Positions 28,108-41,619 of a stretch of 64,000 nt of DNA are shown piece by piece. Position numbers and translations under genes: made by a program. Numbering within the stretch: the first letter of the stretch is position 1; each line of letters starts with the position of its first letter. The stretch comes from Octopus vulgaris (taxonomy: Eukaryota). The notes beneath the pieces are model-generated. The model was not told where the DNA came from, made no database searches, and saw only the letters and a program-made list of their open reading frames with translations. Location: NCBI GenBank assembly GCA_951406725.2, contig OX597823.1, forward strand, positions 100,006,001 through 100,070,000, in the 5' to 3' direction.

Positions 28108-28420
28108 TCTTTCATAGTCATTAGACTGCGGCCATGCTGGATCACGCCTTGTAGGGTTTGTCGAACAAATCGACTCAAGTACTTTTTGTTTATAAAGTCT
28201 GATAATTATTTTTGGGGCCTCGTTTGCAGAACCATTGCTGGATGTATACAAGCCAACAGGAATTGTGAAATGAGGGGGAACAAAACAGAGACAGACATAC
28301 AAAACTAAATGTAGGGTGGACTTGCATGTGGTTTTCGTCAACCAAATTCACTTGCGCGGCTTTGATTGACCCGAAGCATTAGAAGACACTAGTCCAAGGT
28401 GCACTACGGTCGACTTAACC
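28108..28420 (-). mobile_element. decayed SINE (family of 60548-60686)
   Basis: TCATTAGACTGCGGCCATGCTGG tail and CCAAATTCAC..GGCTTTG..AGAAGACAC..CCAAGGTGC body. Confidence 0.6.
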
Positions 28421-28549
28421 CCATCTCTCGAAATTGCTGGCCTTGTGCCAAAATTTGCCACCAATTACATTCCTTGAAGTTGACTCTCAGAACATATTTG
28501 ATTCTTTCTTTTTGCCCTCCTCTTCTTCATTTTCCTTTTTTTAGTTAGA

Positions 28550-28790
28550 ACATGTTTCGGTCAATGATCGTTTTGCTCCGGACGACAAGACTAGTCCATC
28601 CCTGCTGTTTTGGGATCATGATAGCTTCAATGGAGATCCTGTTGGCTTCCTTCCCCGATGTTTGTCCTTTCTTTCCAGCTGATGTTGAGAATACTTCGAG
28701 AGCAGCATTGGTGGTACTTTTCAAGAACTTTTATGTATCCCCTGTAAGTAGTCCTGCTCTCCGGTGCATATAGCATCATGAGGGTTACCA
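28550..28790 (-). pseudogene. RTE LINE C-terminal fragment
   Basis: LYAPESRTTYRGYIKVLEKYHQCCSRSILNISWKE resembles LLYACETWVTYRHYLKHLERFHQMCLRRIYGIKWKD of the RTE at 50047-50589. Confidence 0.7.
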
Positions 28791-29988
28791 ATTCTTTGTA
28801 TACAAATTATTTTGAAATTATAAAAAGAAACAAATTGTAGAATCGAACTGTCCGTATTTTAAAACAGATTTCTTTTTAAAAAATTGGAGATGTTAGGATT
28901 TATGGAGGAGTAGGGTTGATGAAAAAAAAAAAATGAAAATTTCAGAATTGTTTTTGAATTACGTTTATATATATATAAAGTGGGGATTGAAGTGATGGTC
29001 GTCGATTTCCAAAATTTCCGTTTTCTCTAACTTTCAAGGCTTCTCCCCTCGTTTTTAAATGCGTAGAGCAAAAGAGAGACAAAAAAAAAAAAGAAAAGAA
29101 AAGAAAGAAAAAGAAAAGAAAAAGGATAAAAGAAAAACAATTAAACAAAAATCAGTACTGAGGAAGGGAGTGGGGTTGAGAAAATTAATAAATTTTCAAA
29201 ATTTTTTTTCTTTTCTTTTTACCATGCGCCTCCCAAGAAAATTGGACAAAATCGGTCCGGAAAAGAAAAGAGGGGAATTCATAAATTTCCCAACTCTTAA
29301 TTTTTTTTATAAAGAACTTCCCCCTATCTTTGCAAAGTGTGGTGGAGAAAAAAAACTGAAAAATCCCATCAAAACGGAAAAAATCTAGCTGATGTAGGTC
29401 CACCAAAAGTTCACCAAGGACACAAAAAATTACCCGGCAACATCAGAATACTCAGGTAGCGCGAGCGTGTATACATACATACTTATATGCAGGCAGGCAG
29501 GCAAGCAGAGAGATAGATAATATAGAGGGGACCTCGTATGTGTGTATGCTTTTACACGACTCCATACATAATGTATATCATCAATTATAAATAAGAATAT
29601 GTCCATCTATCACCCGTCCCATTTTCATCTTTGGCAATTCTTACGGGAGCAAAGACGAAGCCATTCAACACAAGGCATTCTCTAAAAGCCATCAATGGCC
29701 CAGTGGCCAGAAATATTCATACATGAAATTTAAACGGTTTTTAGAAGGGGTTCGAGCACTACAGAGAACACGTCAGTGGACCAGGTGTGGCCCGCAATCC
29801 AACCGTTGCCGAGCCCTAATATATGTAAAGAAGGATCTTCGGTATTAAAGTATATGTTCTGTAAAGTTTGTTTAGCTGTGGCACTATTTTTCTTGATTTA
29901 AAAAAAGAAACCACTGACTGATAAGCCAACTGTGGTCGCTCCGAATAGACTCTTGTTCGTCGTTCTTAAAAAGAAAAAGACAGACCTA

Positions 29989-30020
<32 letters not shown>

Positions 30021-31866
30021 CAATGAGAGAGGGACAACAGAAACTTGTGTTCAGGTGTAAATAGGAGACACATTGAACAGTTGTAGGCACCAAGAGATAG
30101 AGGTGTTTAACTTGAGACCCAGTCGAGTTGGGCCAAGATCAAAGGCATTCAGTCGGTTATCAACAATCATCTTGTCTTTATAGTATCCAGTTTTATTCGT
30201 CATTTTGAGATTAGCTGCTATTTCCAGCAGAGCAATTGACCATGTAAATGCTCCCTTAAGGGCTAGTCCAGAGAGAAATAGGAAGAAGCGGAACAGCGAA
30301 ATAAGGGCTTGCTATTTGGTGTATTAGAAGTGATGGCTATATAATCTCCGCTTTAGACACTAGTTTCATGTTTCTGACACGATACAGAAAAGAATCTCTC
30401 CCCAGGCCACTCTGCACTCAATCTACAAACTGTATTTATAAATGTGGTTTACAGTAAAAATTTAAAAAAATTCTCTCAATGTTCCTTATATGGAGAACAG
30501 CTGCCGATTGCTTTGACAAGTTTCCAAGTTTGTACTTCAATCGAAGTATTTTCAATATTGTAATTGGGGAAAAAGATGATTCAGTATTTCTTAGAGATGT
30601 TTGGAAAAAGGGAAAACATCTATGAAATAAAACAGGACATTGAAAACCTTTCCTACTATAAATGTATTGTTTTGGAAGTAAAGGAGGCGAGAATTAAGGT
30701 GATTTTATTGGTAGGAAAATTACGTGCATATAAATGATATTAAAATAAAACTAATTATATGATTCCTAAGTTGTTTCAGCCACCGCCGCCCGCTCACATC
30801 CCCCCCTTTTTTTTTCTTCCATAGCCTTATTCACCTTCACATTGATCCATATATTTCTCCGAAGATTGAATTTATGTCGGGAGTTGAGTAATCATTCAAA
30901 GGAAAGAAATACAAGTTATTGCAAGATGTTTCTCTGAAGTTGTTCTGGACAAGCAAATGCTTTCCAGAAAGAAAAATCTCAAGTTATTTTTCTCCATTGT
31001 ACATCGACCTCGTAAAAGTAACGGAGAAAAGAAAAAAGAAAAATCATTTTCTATGTTTGCAATATAAGAGGATATTGCAAATCAGAGCTAAACATTTTTA
31101 AGAGTTCTGAATGACACTCAATGCTACTGTTGTCTTTTTAGATCTTTCTAATAGTTTTGTTCTAGTTCTGATGTTCCAATAAATCAGTGAAGCTTTTCTA
31201 CAAACTTGGGTCACTGAATGAATCAAATTATTGAGAATATTCCATTGTAGATAATCAAATATCTACCACAGTTAGTGTTAACACATTTAATGAAGTGAAT
31301 TTTAACGATTTAATTAAAAATATTTATGACGTACGAACAAGGTAGCATTAGTTTAATGATTAAAGGTATGGGAGAGAACTCCAGACATATTTCGATCTTG
31401 TTAGCCTTCTTTTAGCCGTTGTCAGTGGAACGTAGACTTTAGACCAGGGATTCTCAACCTTTTTTTTTTGCTAGTGGACCCCTGTGTTTACTATTTTATT
31501 TTGGTGGACCCTACAACTATTCGAGGTTTAAAAACTAGTTTTATAGATGCTTCTTTCAAATTCCTATTTTGTTTTTCACACATTAATTTATGTAGATTGA
31601 ACTACATAAAATGTTAGAGAAAGAAACCTAGTTGTTTCTTGCAATACAAACCAATACATACATGTAAAGTAAAATTTATCAATACTGCTGAGATGTGGTT
31701 CTCTAGAAGAATGCTAAAAGTGCCCTCTGCTGATAGTGACAAACATCGAAGCCCCTAGACCGGCAGAAAGTTTTTCAACAGCACACAGAGACAACAGGAT
31801 CAGTTCATTGGTGATCATATGAGAAGGAAAAGTCTTGAACATCTGGTGACAAATGTGAAAATGAAA

Positions 31867-31980
<114 letters not shown>

Positions 31981-32229
31981 AGTGAAGACGATTGATTTCA
32001 CCGGCTGGTTTCAGAAAGACTGATCCACTAAGGTGTATGTGGGGGTCAGCAAAGTATAGCGGTCCATGAACACCGATGCTTGGAGGCTTGAACCATAACC
32101 TGCTCTTCAAAGCTATAAAACCAGAGCAATGTTTTTCTTTTTCTGTACCCAAATTCACGAGACTCACCTCAAGATAGGAAATGGAATAGAAGAAGGCATT
32201 GCAATATTCAAATTTATTGAAATTCCAAA

Positions 32230-33330
32230 ATATATTAGATAATAATTCAAAAGAACCATAGAGAGCCAACCGCCCCCCCCCCCCACTGTTCAAAACTATA
32301 ATGTTAAATAATGTTTGCAAAAATGATGCAAAACGGGGAAGTTATGAGATATTTCGATAATATTCTCATGCAATACATCAACAAGAGGGTGTTTGGTCAG
32401 CATCTTTCTGAATTACTTGAAAACCACGTGATTTCATGCTCTCAATCAACTTCTGCAGCATATCAAGGGGACGCTCTTTCCAAGCCTGCCGTTTCAAGTT
32501 CGTCACCAGATGAGTACTGCTGGCCCTCGCTATACACAGCGTTCATGAGATAATCCCCAGGTATTCTCTATAGGATTATGGTCGGGATTGCTTGCTGGCC
32601 ATGGCATGACTTCAACCCCAATTGCATGGAGGAAATCCAAAGTTGCCTTTGCTTTATGAATAGGAGCATTGTCCTGTTGAAATATAAAACTCTTGCCATG
32701 GAGCCTTCTTCCTTCTTCGTCAATGTGAGCCCCGTCCAACATATCGATGTATCGTGCAGCATTGAAACGGCCATCTATGGTGACAAATGGCGGCTTCTTA
32801 TTGATAGATATTTCACCCCCACACTTACACTGTTCTGCTGCTTGGAATAAGTAGAATTCTATATACATTTATTTGCTCAGCAATATCCATAACCGCCGGG
32901 GCCATCCAAATTCCATATTTCCTTACCAGAGAACAGAGACCTGGTCCATTCACCATCCCATGTATGATGCTTGCCCAGCAAACTCCAATCTAACAGCTTT
33001 GTGAGAAGGGGACAATAATGGACGCCCTAGCCGCCTCTTCTTACGGTGGATGTCGAGGCTCCTGCTGCTGATGCCTTGATTTAAAAAACAGAAGATCAGC
33101 GTGACCTCTTCATAGCTCTGATAATGGCTCTTTCATCTCTTTATTGGGGTGTCCACAAGCAGGAACCATGTTGTAGCCGTCAGGATCTTTCAGAAAATTG
33201 TCCACTGGCCATCTGCTTCACCGAATCTTCTCAGTAATCTTCCGGTCACTCATTCCTTTCCCTTTCAGTGCAAGAATTTTCCCTTACTCAATTTCGAAAA
33301 GCTTTGTTGCTTTAGACTAACTGGATATCA
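32230..33330 (-). mobile_element. decayed Tc1-like transposon (boundaries approximate)
   Basis: ORF 32530-32868 carries FNAARYIDML, FIFQQDNAPIHKA and WPASNPDHNPIENTW, which are Tc1 DD34E signature motifs. Confidence 0.85.
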
Positions 33331-33489
33331 GTAATCAGGGACCACGGAGATGACGACTGAGTTGAATGTTTTCCAGAAAAATCTGGAAAGAAATGAAAAT
33401 GTATTTGTAAATGTAAATGTTTTGAAGTGTTGATATCCTAGGGAAAATTGGGAAATCAGGAGTTGTGATGTGATAAAGGTACCCATCTA

Positions 33490-33838
33490 CAATATATCAT
33501 GCCCCTTAGTCCGCTTAAAATTTCGAAATAACTTCAATTTCCAGTTAGTCTCCAATGAGACCATCAACATATCACAAGGGCAAACATTTTCCATTGCCAG
33601 CTTACTCACTGAAGAGCTCTGTTTCACCCATAGTCTGATTTTCGTTGGGTGTTCAAGAGTAGGAAGTAAGAAAAATCTTTATATCTATGCACCAAATTGT
33701 CCCCAAAAATGCAGAAATCCGCCCTGATCGAGAGGTCTCTTTGTCGGGGAAGACATAGTCTGACATCAAATAAAAAGAATTGAAATAAAGGTATTCTGTT
33801 GTTTAAATTGCTCGGCAATGACGGGCTACTTAGCTCGT
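33490..33838 (+). pseudogene. Helitron PIF1-like helicase C-terminal remnant with a degenerate 3' end
   Basis: TINISQGQTF...CFTHSLIFVGCSRVGSKKNLYIYAP matches the Helitron helicase TINKSQGQT...CFSHGQLYVACSRVG. It is followed by hairpin GCTCG..CGGGC and CTCG in place of CTAG. Confidence 0.8.
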
Positions 33839-34382
33839 ATACGTATATAATGCAGAGATAGATGTGTGTACACTTAATTACATATTATATTAGCGTTTAT
33901 CTACGTGTCTCAGTATAATTTCACAGAAGCATTTGCAGTTAACATATGAAGGTATATATTCCTACTTGCATGTACGCATATAGGTGTACACTCTTTAACA
34001 TGCATGGATGTACTTATGTATGTGCGTTTGTGTGTATGCTTATGTGTGTAGATGTGCGTGTATGAATGCATATAGGTGTACACATTGAAAGCGTGTTCAT
34101 GTATGTATACCATAAAAATAGTGAATCCCGGTAAGATGTCGGTGTATATAAAAGAACAACATCAGGGAATATCCGACATTGTTCAAATATCAGCATGATA
34201 AGTCTCAACAAACCAACGGACACACCGGTAAAGCCTACCATTCACACACACACGCGCGCCAGGAGGCAGACCAGCCAACTTATAATTCTGTAGCCGATGA
34301 CGTCAATCTTACTTGGGCCCAAGAGCATCAGAGCAAATCTACAAATGCATACATACACACATACTCATGTGTATCTAAAGGC

Positions 34383-34429
<47 letters not shown>

Positions 34430-34817
34430 CTGCTATATTTCAGGATATATATAAAGTGCAGTTACGTTTAAGTGTATATACATATGATACATATGTATAT
34501 TAGGTCTGTAAATGTGTGAATTTTATGTGTGCGCACACACACACACATTTCTTTACTGACTATATACTTAAGTAGTCAGTAAAGAAATGAAAACAAGAAA
34601 AAAAGGAGAGAAAACGCGGGCATTTTTCAAGACAATCATTCATATCGTGTTAGCGATTTCTTTCTATAAACGAACACATCTTAAATATCTTACACACAAA
34701 CGTTGCATAACAAACACACACACATACATTTCACTGCAGGCAAACATAACGCACACACCTACATTACATTCATACACACACACATTCGTACATGCATCTA
34801 TGTATGTAAAGGCGCGC

Positions 34818-34848
<31 letters not shown>

Positions 34849-35104
34849 TGTGTGTGCGTGCGTGTGTGACGTTTACACACACGTACGTAGACATGGATTT
34901 GTAAAATATACACTCACATAAACGCAGGCATAAATGCGCGTGCGGAAAGGCATTGGTTTCCGTAAATATGATTTTATATATTTATACACGCCGTATATAA
35001 CCTATTTATACATGAATGTGTTTTTTTTGGGGGGGGGGGGGGGCGTGTCAGTAAATACGAAGACAATATCAATAAATCTATCAGGATTTTTTTTCAATCT
35101 TACA

Positions 35105-35305
35105 ATCACCACCATCATCATCATTATCACCAGCAACATTATCACCATCATCATGATTATCACCATCATCATCATTATCATCATCATCATCATTATCACC
35201 AGCATCATCATAATCATCACCGTTAACATCACCGTTATTTAGCATATATTTCTGCCTTAATGAAATGTTCATCAATCATGACAGATGATCATCACCACCA
35301 CCACT

Positions 35306-35351
<46 letters not shown>

Positions 35352-35451
35352 CCACCACCACTATCATCATCATCATCATCACCACCACCACTATCATCAT
35401 CATCATCACCACCACCACTATCATCATCATCATCACCACCACCACCATCAT

Positions 35452-35482
<31 letters not shown>

Positions 35483-35580
35483 CCACCACTATCATCATCA
35501 TCATTATCATCATCATCACCACTATCATCATCATCATCACCACCACCACTATCATCATCATCATCATCATCATCACCACC
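35105..35580. repeat. (CAT/CAC)n trinucleotide microsatellite
   Basis: Direct inspection. It explains the poly-His, poly-Ile and poly-Ser ORFs. Confidence 0.95.
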
Positions 35581-35960
35581 AAATTCTACATTTTATTTCT
35601 TCATTTTACTTTTTTTTTTATTTTCTATCTTCAGATTTTAGGTGCTGAGGGGGAGGGGTCCTTTTATATTTTTGCTGTTTTGGCCCCCCTCCTCCCATTT
35701 TCTTTTCAAATTATTATTAATTCCATGAAAGAATATCACGAGATTCTTTATTGAAATACGGAGAGAGGATCTTTTTTTTAAATCTACAACTGAGTATATA
35801 TGTAGAAACAAAAGATGATTTTCTTATTGCAGATTATCTATGGAGGTGGGCGAGGCTGGAGTTGCAGATATCAAAAAGAGAAAAGTCTCTTCTATAATTT
35901 CATAAAATCACAAACACGTGCTGTGTGCTTTTATGTAATTGTGTGCAGATGCATGCACTT

Positions 35961-36013
<53 letters not shown>

Positions 36014-37810
36014 AGACACACACACACACACACATATATATACACACACACAATTCATATGTTGTATTTGTGTACGTAATGTGTATTTTTGTATGCCTAG
36101 AATGTGCAGACATGAACAAGACGTGCACAAATGCATGAATTGTTCAGGTGCAATGTATGTCGATGCATTTTTGTGCTGTTCATATATCTTTTTGGCGATC
36201 ACACCACAAGTTCCCGTAAGAGAGGAGTTTGAAAAAGTAATTCTATATAATACATACATGTATATCTGTGTGTTTGTGTGTATGCATACGTGCGTGTGTC
36301 TGTGTATGTGTACGCACACATTGTCATATACACACATACACACACACACAATGTATATGTAGCCATAAGCAGTAACTATATATTTTAAAGATTCAACTGA
36401 GTAATACCAGGTACCCCTTCTTTCTCCACCTCGCCCCCACAGTATCAGGGATGCTAACACCGCTCGCTCTCTTCATCATTAAAGAGACGACAATACAGAC
36501 TTTACATCCAGATAATTATTCACTAGCAATGGTTAGAAACCTAAAAGCCTTGATTTTATTGAATATACCAATATGACCATCCACTTGTCTCAATTTCCGC
36601 CGCCATTTCTGTAGTGTTCTTCGTTAGTTTATTGTTTATGTTGGTCTATATTAATACAATATAACACTTCGATCCATCCAAGTCCGTAACATTCTGTTTC
36701 TTTGTGAAGGTGGATGGATTGCACCTTCTTTTCTTAGACGAATGGGGTTGTCGCGAGGATTGTCGGGGCGACCTGCTTACAACGCAGTATAACCGATTCT
36801 GAGGGAGGAAAGAGACCGAGAGAAAGAACCAACTGGACAGGTAGTTTATTAATCGACCTCGGAGTATTGAAAAGCCAAGATGATTTCAGCAAGAATTGAG
36901 CACAGATGCTAACAAGTCTGCCAATGGACTCCTTACACTTCGCTGTGCAAAATATTTCAGCCATTATCCGACATTAGTATTATGTTAAAGGGTGTTGATA
37001 GGATACTAATGCACAAATTGTCTTATTATGCTTTGTTATAAAAATATATTCTATAATGCTATGAATTGTGTTTGGTCGATATATTGGCGGCAGATTAAAA
37101 TGAGTTTCATTGAATTTCTTTTTATGTGAAGTCAGTTCGTAAGCAAGCGTTGAAGTGATACTTGTGAGCGGGTAAGACGTCCATTTTCGCCTTTTTCAAT
37201 CAGAGAAGGTTTCGTGCCAAGTAAAGAAACAGAGTGAGAAGGAACAGAAACAAATGTAGGAAGCAGATATTCTGTAATTGTCAGCACGAAAAATGGTACT
37301 GTGACAATTTTTTTTTTTACCTTTACCGTTTATTTGTTTTAAAGATGGCTGAGGCAGAGCTTTGAAAGGTTTCGATAGAATGATTTTTAAGTCTGGTATT
37401 TATTCTATCGGTCCCTATTGTCGAAGAAAGTAAACAAATCAACAGCAGTTGTCAAGCAGTAGTGGAGGACACGCACACAGAAAACAGGCTTCCACACGGC
37501 TTCCGTCTACCGAACTTACTGACTGTCCCTATATGTTTTCAGTGTCGAGAAAGATTTCATTCCCTCACCAATACGTTCATATAATTTTCTATTGAAATTA
37601 CTCTTCTAAAAATTCAGTGTCTTTTTTGATTTTATTAGAAAAATACTTAAAATATAATACATCAACACCACACGTAAGCACATACCTATATGCAAGTATA
37701 TACATATGCACGCACACACATGTATGCACAACATACAAATAAACATACGAACAATACGAACGTACATACATACAAACATACATACATACATACATACATA
37801 CATACATACC

Positions 37811-38041
37811 TGTTTCTTTATTACCCACAAGGGGCTAAACACAGAGGGGACAAACAAGGACAGACACACGGATTAAGTCGTTTACATCGACCCCAGTGCG
37901 TAACTGGTACTTATTTAATCGACCCCGAAAGGATGAAAGGCAAAGTCGACCTCGGCGTAATTTGAACTCAGAACGTAACGGCAGACGAAATACGGCTACG
38001 CATTTCGCCCGGCGTGCTAACGTTTCTGCCAGCTCGCCGCC
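37811..38041 (-). mobile_element. full-length tRNA-derived SINE (octopus OR-like)
   Basis: Head GGCGGCGAGCTGGCAGAAACG...GAGTTCAAAT (A/B boxes) and body GCCTTTCATCCTTTCGGGGTCGATTAAATAAGTACCAGT. Confidence 0.88.
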
Positions 38042-38891
38042 TTTTATCTACCAACAAACCTCCCTACATATCTACATAACTTATCTGTGGATGTATATTG
38101 TGCTTAACTAGATTTACATAGGGTCCGCTTTTTCTAAACTAGCGTGACAATGTTATTGTTGTGGTTGTTGTTGTTGTTATTGTTGTGGTGGTTTGTGCTA
38201 TAATTAGATCAACCCACGACTAAAGACATAGAAAAGGTGGGAGAGAAGTAGAAAGTAAACCACAGCTGAGATGGCGACGCTGTGTTGTTATGAAGAGAGT
38301 CGGAGTGTTGGCGGCGAGGGAAGGATGTTTTCTAAATAGACGACAACGTTTTTTAAGAGACTCCAGGTGTTCGCGAACACCAGATAAGTATTTTATTATC
38401 GAGAACTTTCAACCTAAGGATTAGTGTAGGCAGTACTAACCCCAGGTCAGTTATTCTTGACCTGGGGTTACTACTGGGGACATTATTAGTTTTGGGCTCA
38501 ACAAGGACAGATATGCCGTTATTTGGCCCTATGTGAGATACGTTCTCGTGTCCATGCACTAACCCATCATTATTGAGTTGTGGAGCAATGGTGAACGGCC
38601 ATTACTGTGTTTGGGACGGATTCAGCGGGCGGTTGTGTCTTGTAAAGTTCTCGTAACCGCAGAGAGGGAACGGTAATTTTCGTCTGAATGGAGTCTTTGG
38701 TGAAAAACGTTTTATATGTGCACTCATAAGGGTTCAGAATAAGTCTATGCAATAAAGCCCTCATGAACTTGAAGTTGGTGAGGGTTGGTTATGGATTGGC
38801 TGAATCGTTAGCGCGTCGGACAAAATGCCAAGCGGTATTCGGTTACAACTCTTTATATTCTGGGTTCAAATCACGCCTAGGTCAACTTTGG

Positions 38892-39555
38892 GATCTTTTC
38901 GGTTTGAACGGCAGTTTTCAACATAATTTCTAGGTAACTAAAGAGTTTTAAACTTCGTATACTGGTAGAATGTGTTTATAAAACATCATTTTCTCTTGGC
39001 TTTATTGAGAAAATTCTGTAGTTTGTACCATATTTCGTCTTTAATTTCTTGCATTTCGGCAATTTTAACCAATCAAATATGTCCATTGAGGTAAAGAACA
39101 TTCTGTGCCGTATGAATATGTCCCTCGTTTAAGAAACAGATTGGGTTTATTTACATTCGTTAAGAAAAAAGATACCCTTCGCCCACCACTAACCCTAACT
39201 AACCCTAAATCTAAAATAGATTGAAATGCAATAGATCGATTCTAGGGTCATAATTATGGGTGACAATTTCATATGACACCGCTAGAAAAAACTGCCATTT
39301 TTTTCTAGCGGTGTCATATGAAATTGTCACCCATAATTATGACCTTAGTATCGATCTATTGCATTTCAATCTGTTTTAGGGTTAGGGTTAGGGGAAGGGT
39401 ATCTTTTTTTCTTCACAAATGTAAATAAACCCAATCTGTTTCTTAAACGAGGGACATATTCATTATGCACAGAATGTTTTTTACCTCAATAGACGTCAGT
39501 GATTGGTTGAAATTGCCGAAATGCAAGAAATTTTAGACGAAATATCTTACAACCT
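38892..39555. mobile_element. fold-back MITE copy (right arm truncated) inserted into a SINE head (38795-38890)
   Basis: Starts GGATCTTTTCGGTTTGAACGGCAG like 43326, and the sequence inverts at about 39297. Confidence 0.85.
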
Positions 39556-39768
39556 AAACATTTAATCCCTGGTAAACTGCGGCTGGGGAAACAAGAAAAT
39601 AAACAACTCTAACAAAAAAAAAAAAATGTTGACAAAAGCAACCTAGCTCTTCTCTCCTGTGTCGCCCTCTGTCGTCTAAAAATAAAGCGTATCATGTCAC
39701 CTGACATCAATGATCAGTTGACAGATGGTATGAAGTGTCAAAAGCTAAAACACACCAATACACGTACG

Positions 39769-39803
<35 letters not shown>

Positions 39804-39860
39804 CTACGTTAATGCGGAGCACTTTGATAGACGGGCATACATAGAAAGATGGCGGATTTC

Positions 39861-41270
39861 GGATCTTTTCCTTTTGATAGCCAGATTTCAACACAATTTC
39901 TAGTTAACTAAACACATTAAAACTTCGTATACTGGTAGAATGTGTCAAAAGAAAACATCATTTTCACTTGGCTTTCTTGAGAAAATTGTAATTTGTTCGT
40001 TTAACGTAGTTTAATTTTTCGAATTTTAACCAATCCTATGCTCTCTTTTGAGCTGAAATCATTTGCTGCGTCTAAAAACTGAGACAACATCCGTTTTGTT
40101 CGTAATGTAGCGTTCGTGAGTTCGATATCAGGCTAACCTACCGGCCCCACGGTGGGATTTTTTTCTTTACGATTATTAGTAAATTTTTTTCTTTATGATT
40201 ATTCACGTTTATTTATCAATATCAATAACAAATTACTGCCGTTGTTTAGACCGGCCCCAGTACGTAACTGGTACTTAATTTATCCCTAACTCTAACCCTA
40301 ACCATAAACCTAACCCCTAACCCTAACCCTAACCCTAACCCTAACCCCTAACCCTAAACCTAACCTCTAACGCTGAACCTAACCCCTAACCCTAAACCTA
40401 ACCAAAGCTAGCGACCGATGCCGGAAGGCTGTCACGAGATAGGGTTAGGGGTTAGGTTTAGGGTTATGGGTTAGGCTTAGGGTTAGGTTTAGGGTTAGGG
40501 TTAGGCTTAGGGATAAATGAAGTACCAGTTACACACGCACGCACTGGTGTCGATAGAATCGACTTAATACTTTTGTCTCTCATGCTTTGTCCCCTCTGTG
40601 TTTTGCCCCTTGCCGGAACAAATTTACACAAAAGGTAAATAAACCAGAAATAGGGGATCAATGTTTCATCGTTTCGGGGTCGATAAATTAAGTACCAATT
40701 ACGCACTGGTGTCGAGGATTTTTTTTCCCCAATTTATATCACAGCCTCCGACAAGCTGGAGCATCCTTTTATGAAAAAATATTTCGCAAATTTTTACAAT
40801 ACGACCCACACTCCACGCACCCGATTTAGGCATATTATTCTTTTGTTTTTGTTGTTTTTAGCCCTTCAAAACCATGGGAGAAGCCTTTTTGGTAAAAAAA
40901 AAAAAGAAAGAAAATATTCAAAAAATATCGTTAATATTTTTATTGGGCGACGAAATTCATCGATTTAAGAGATATGGCTGTTGTTTCTAGCACATGCCAA
41001 CACAACCCTCCTCGTTTGTTTATCAATATCGAGTGTCAGGATGTTGTCTGAGCTTTTAGACGCAGCAAATGATTTCAGCTCAAAAGAGAGCGTAGGATTG
41101 GTTAAAATTCGAAAAATTAAACTACGTTACGAACAAATTACAATTTTCTCAAGAATGCCAAGTGAAAATAATGTTTTTTTTTTTTACACATTCTACCAGT
41201 ATACGAAGTTTTAAAGTGTTTAGTTAACTAGAAATTGTGTTGAAATCTGGCTATCAAAAGGAAAAGATCC
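39861..41270. mobile_element. 1410-bp non-autonomous TIR transposon with an 8-bp TSD (CGGATTTC) and internal telomeric repeats
   Basis: Long TIRs GGATCTTTTCCTTTTGATAGCCAGATTTCAACAC... at both ends. CGGATTTC occurs at 39853-39860 and 41271-41278. Confidence 0.92.
40283..40512. repeat. inverted interstitial telomere-like arrays: (CCCTAA)n, spacer, (TTAGGG)n
   Basis: Degenerate CCCTAA run at about 40283-40403 and TTAGGG run at about 40440-40512. Confidence 0.9.
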
Positions 41271-41419
41271 CGGATTTCAACGAACATAGACGGTTTCGGA
41301 GGAAGTCTTCGGAAACAAAATGCTGAAGCACTAGTATGCGTACGTGCGCGCACACACACACACACACATACATAAGCAAACAACAGGCCCTTCAGTCACT
41401 TTGCAGCTGCTGTCAATAA

Positions 41420-41464
<45 letters not shown>

Positions 41465-41619
41465 GAGTTTATATCAGTTGTTCCTAAGTAATTTTCAACA
41501 TTGTAGTTACTTGGAACTCAGCGTTGGCGGTTCAAGTACAGTTGGATGCTTAACCATAAAAGATTCTCAGAAATGCAAGCAGAAAAACAGACAGACAGAG
41601 GTATTGTTAGCAAACTAGG

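Noticed and set aside
31445-31680. hAT-like MITE starting CAGGGATTCTCAACC
   Set aside because: Only one terminus is visible, with no matching TIR or TSD.
35260-35754. Poly-His/poly-Ile ORF as a metal-binding protein
   Set aside because: It is a pure (CAT/CAC)n microsatellite with no flanking coding signal.
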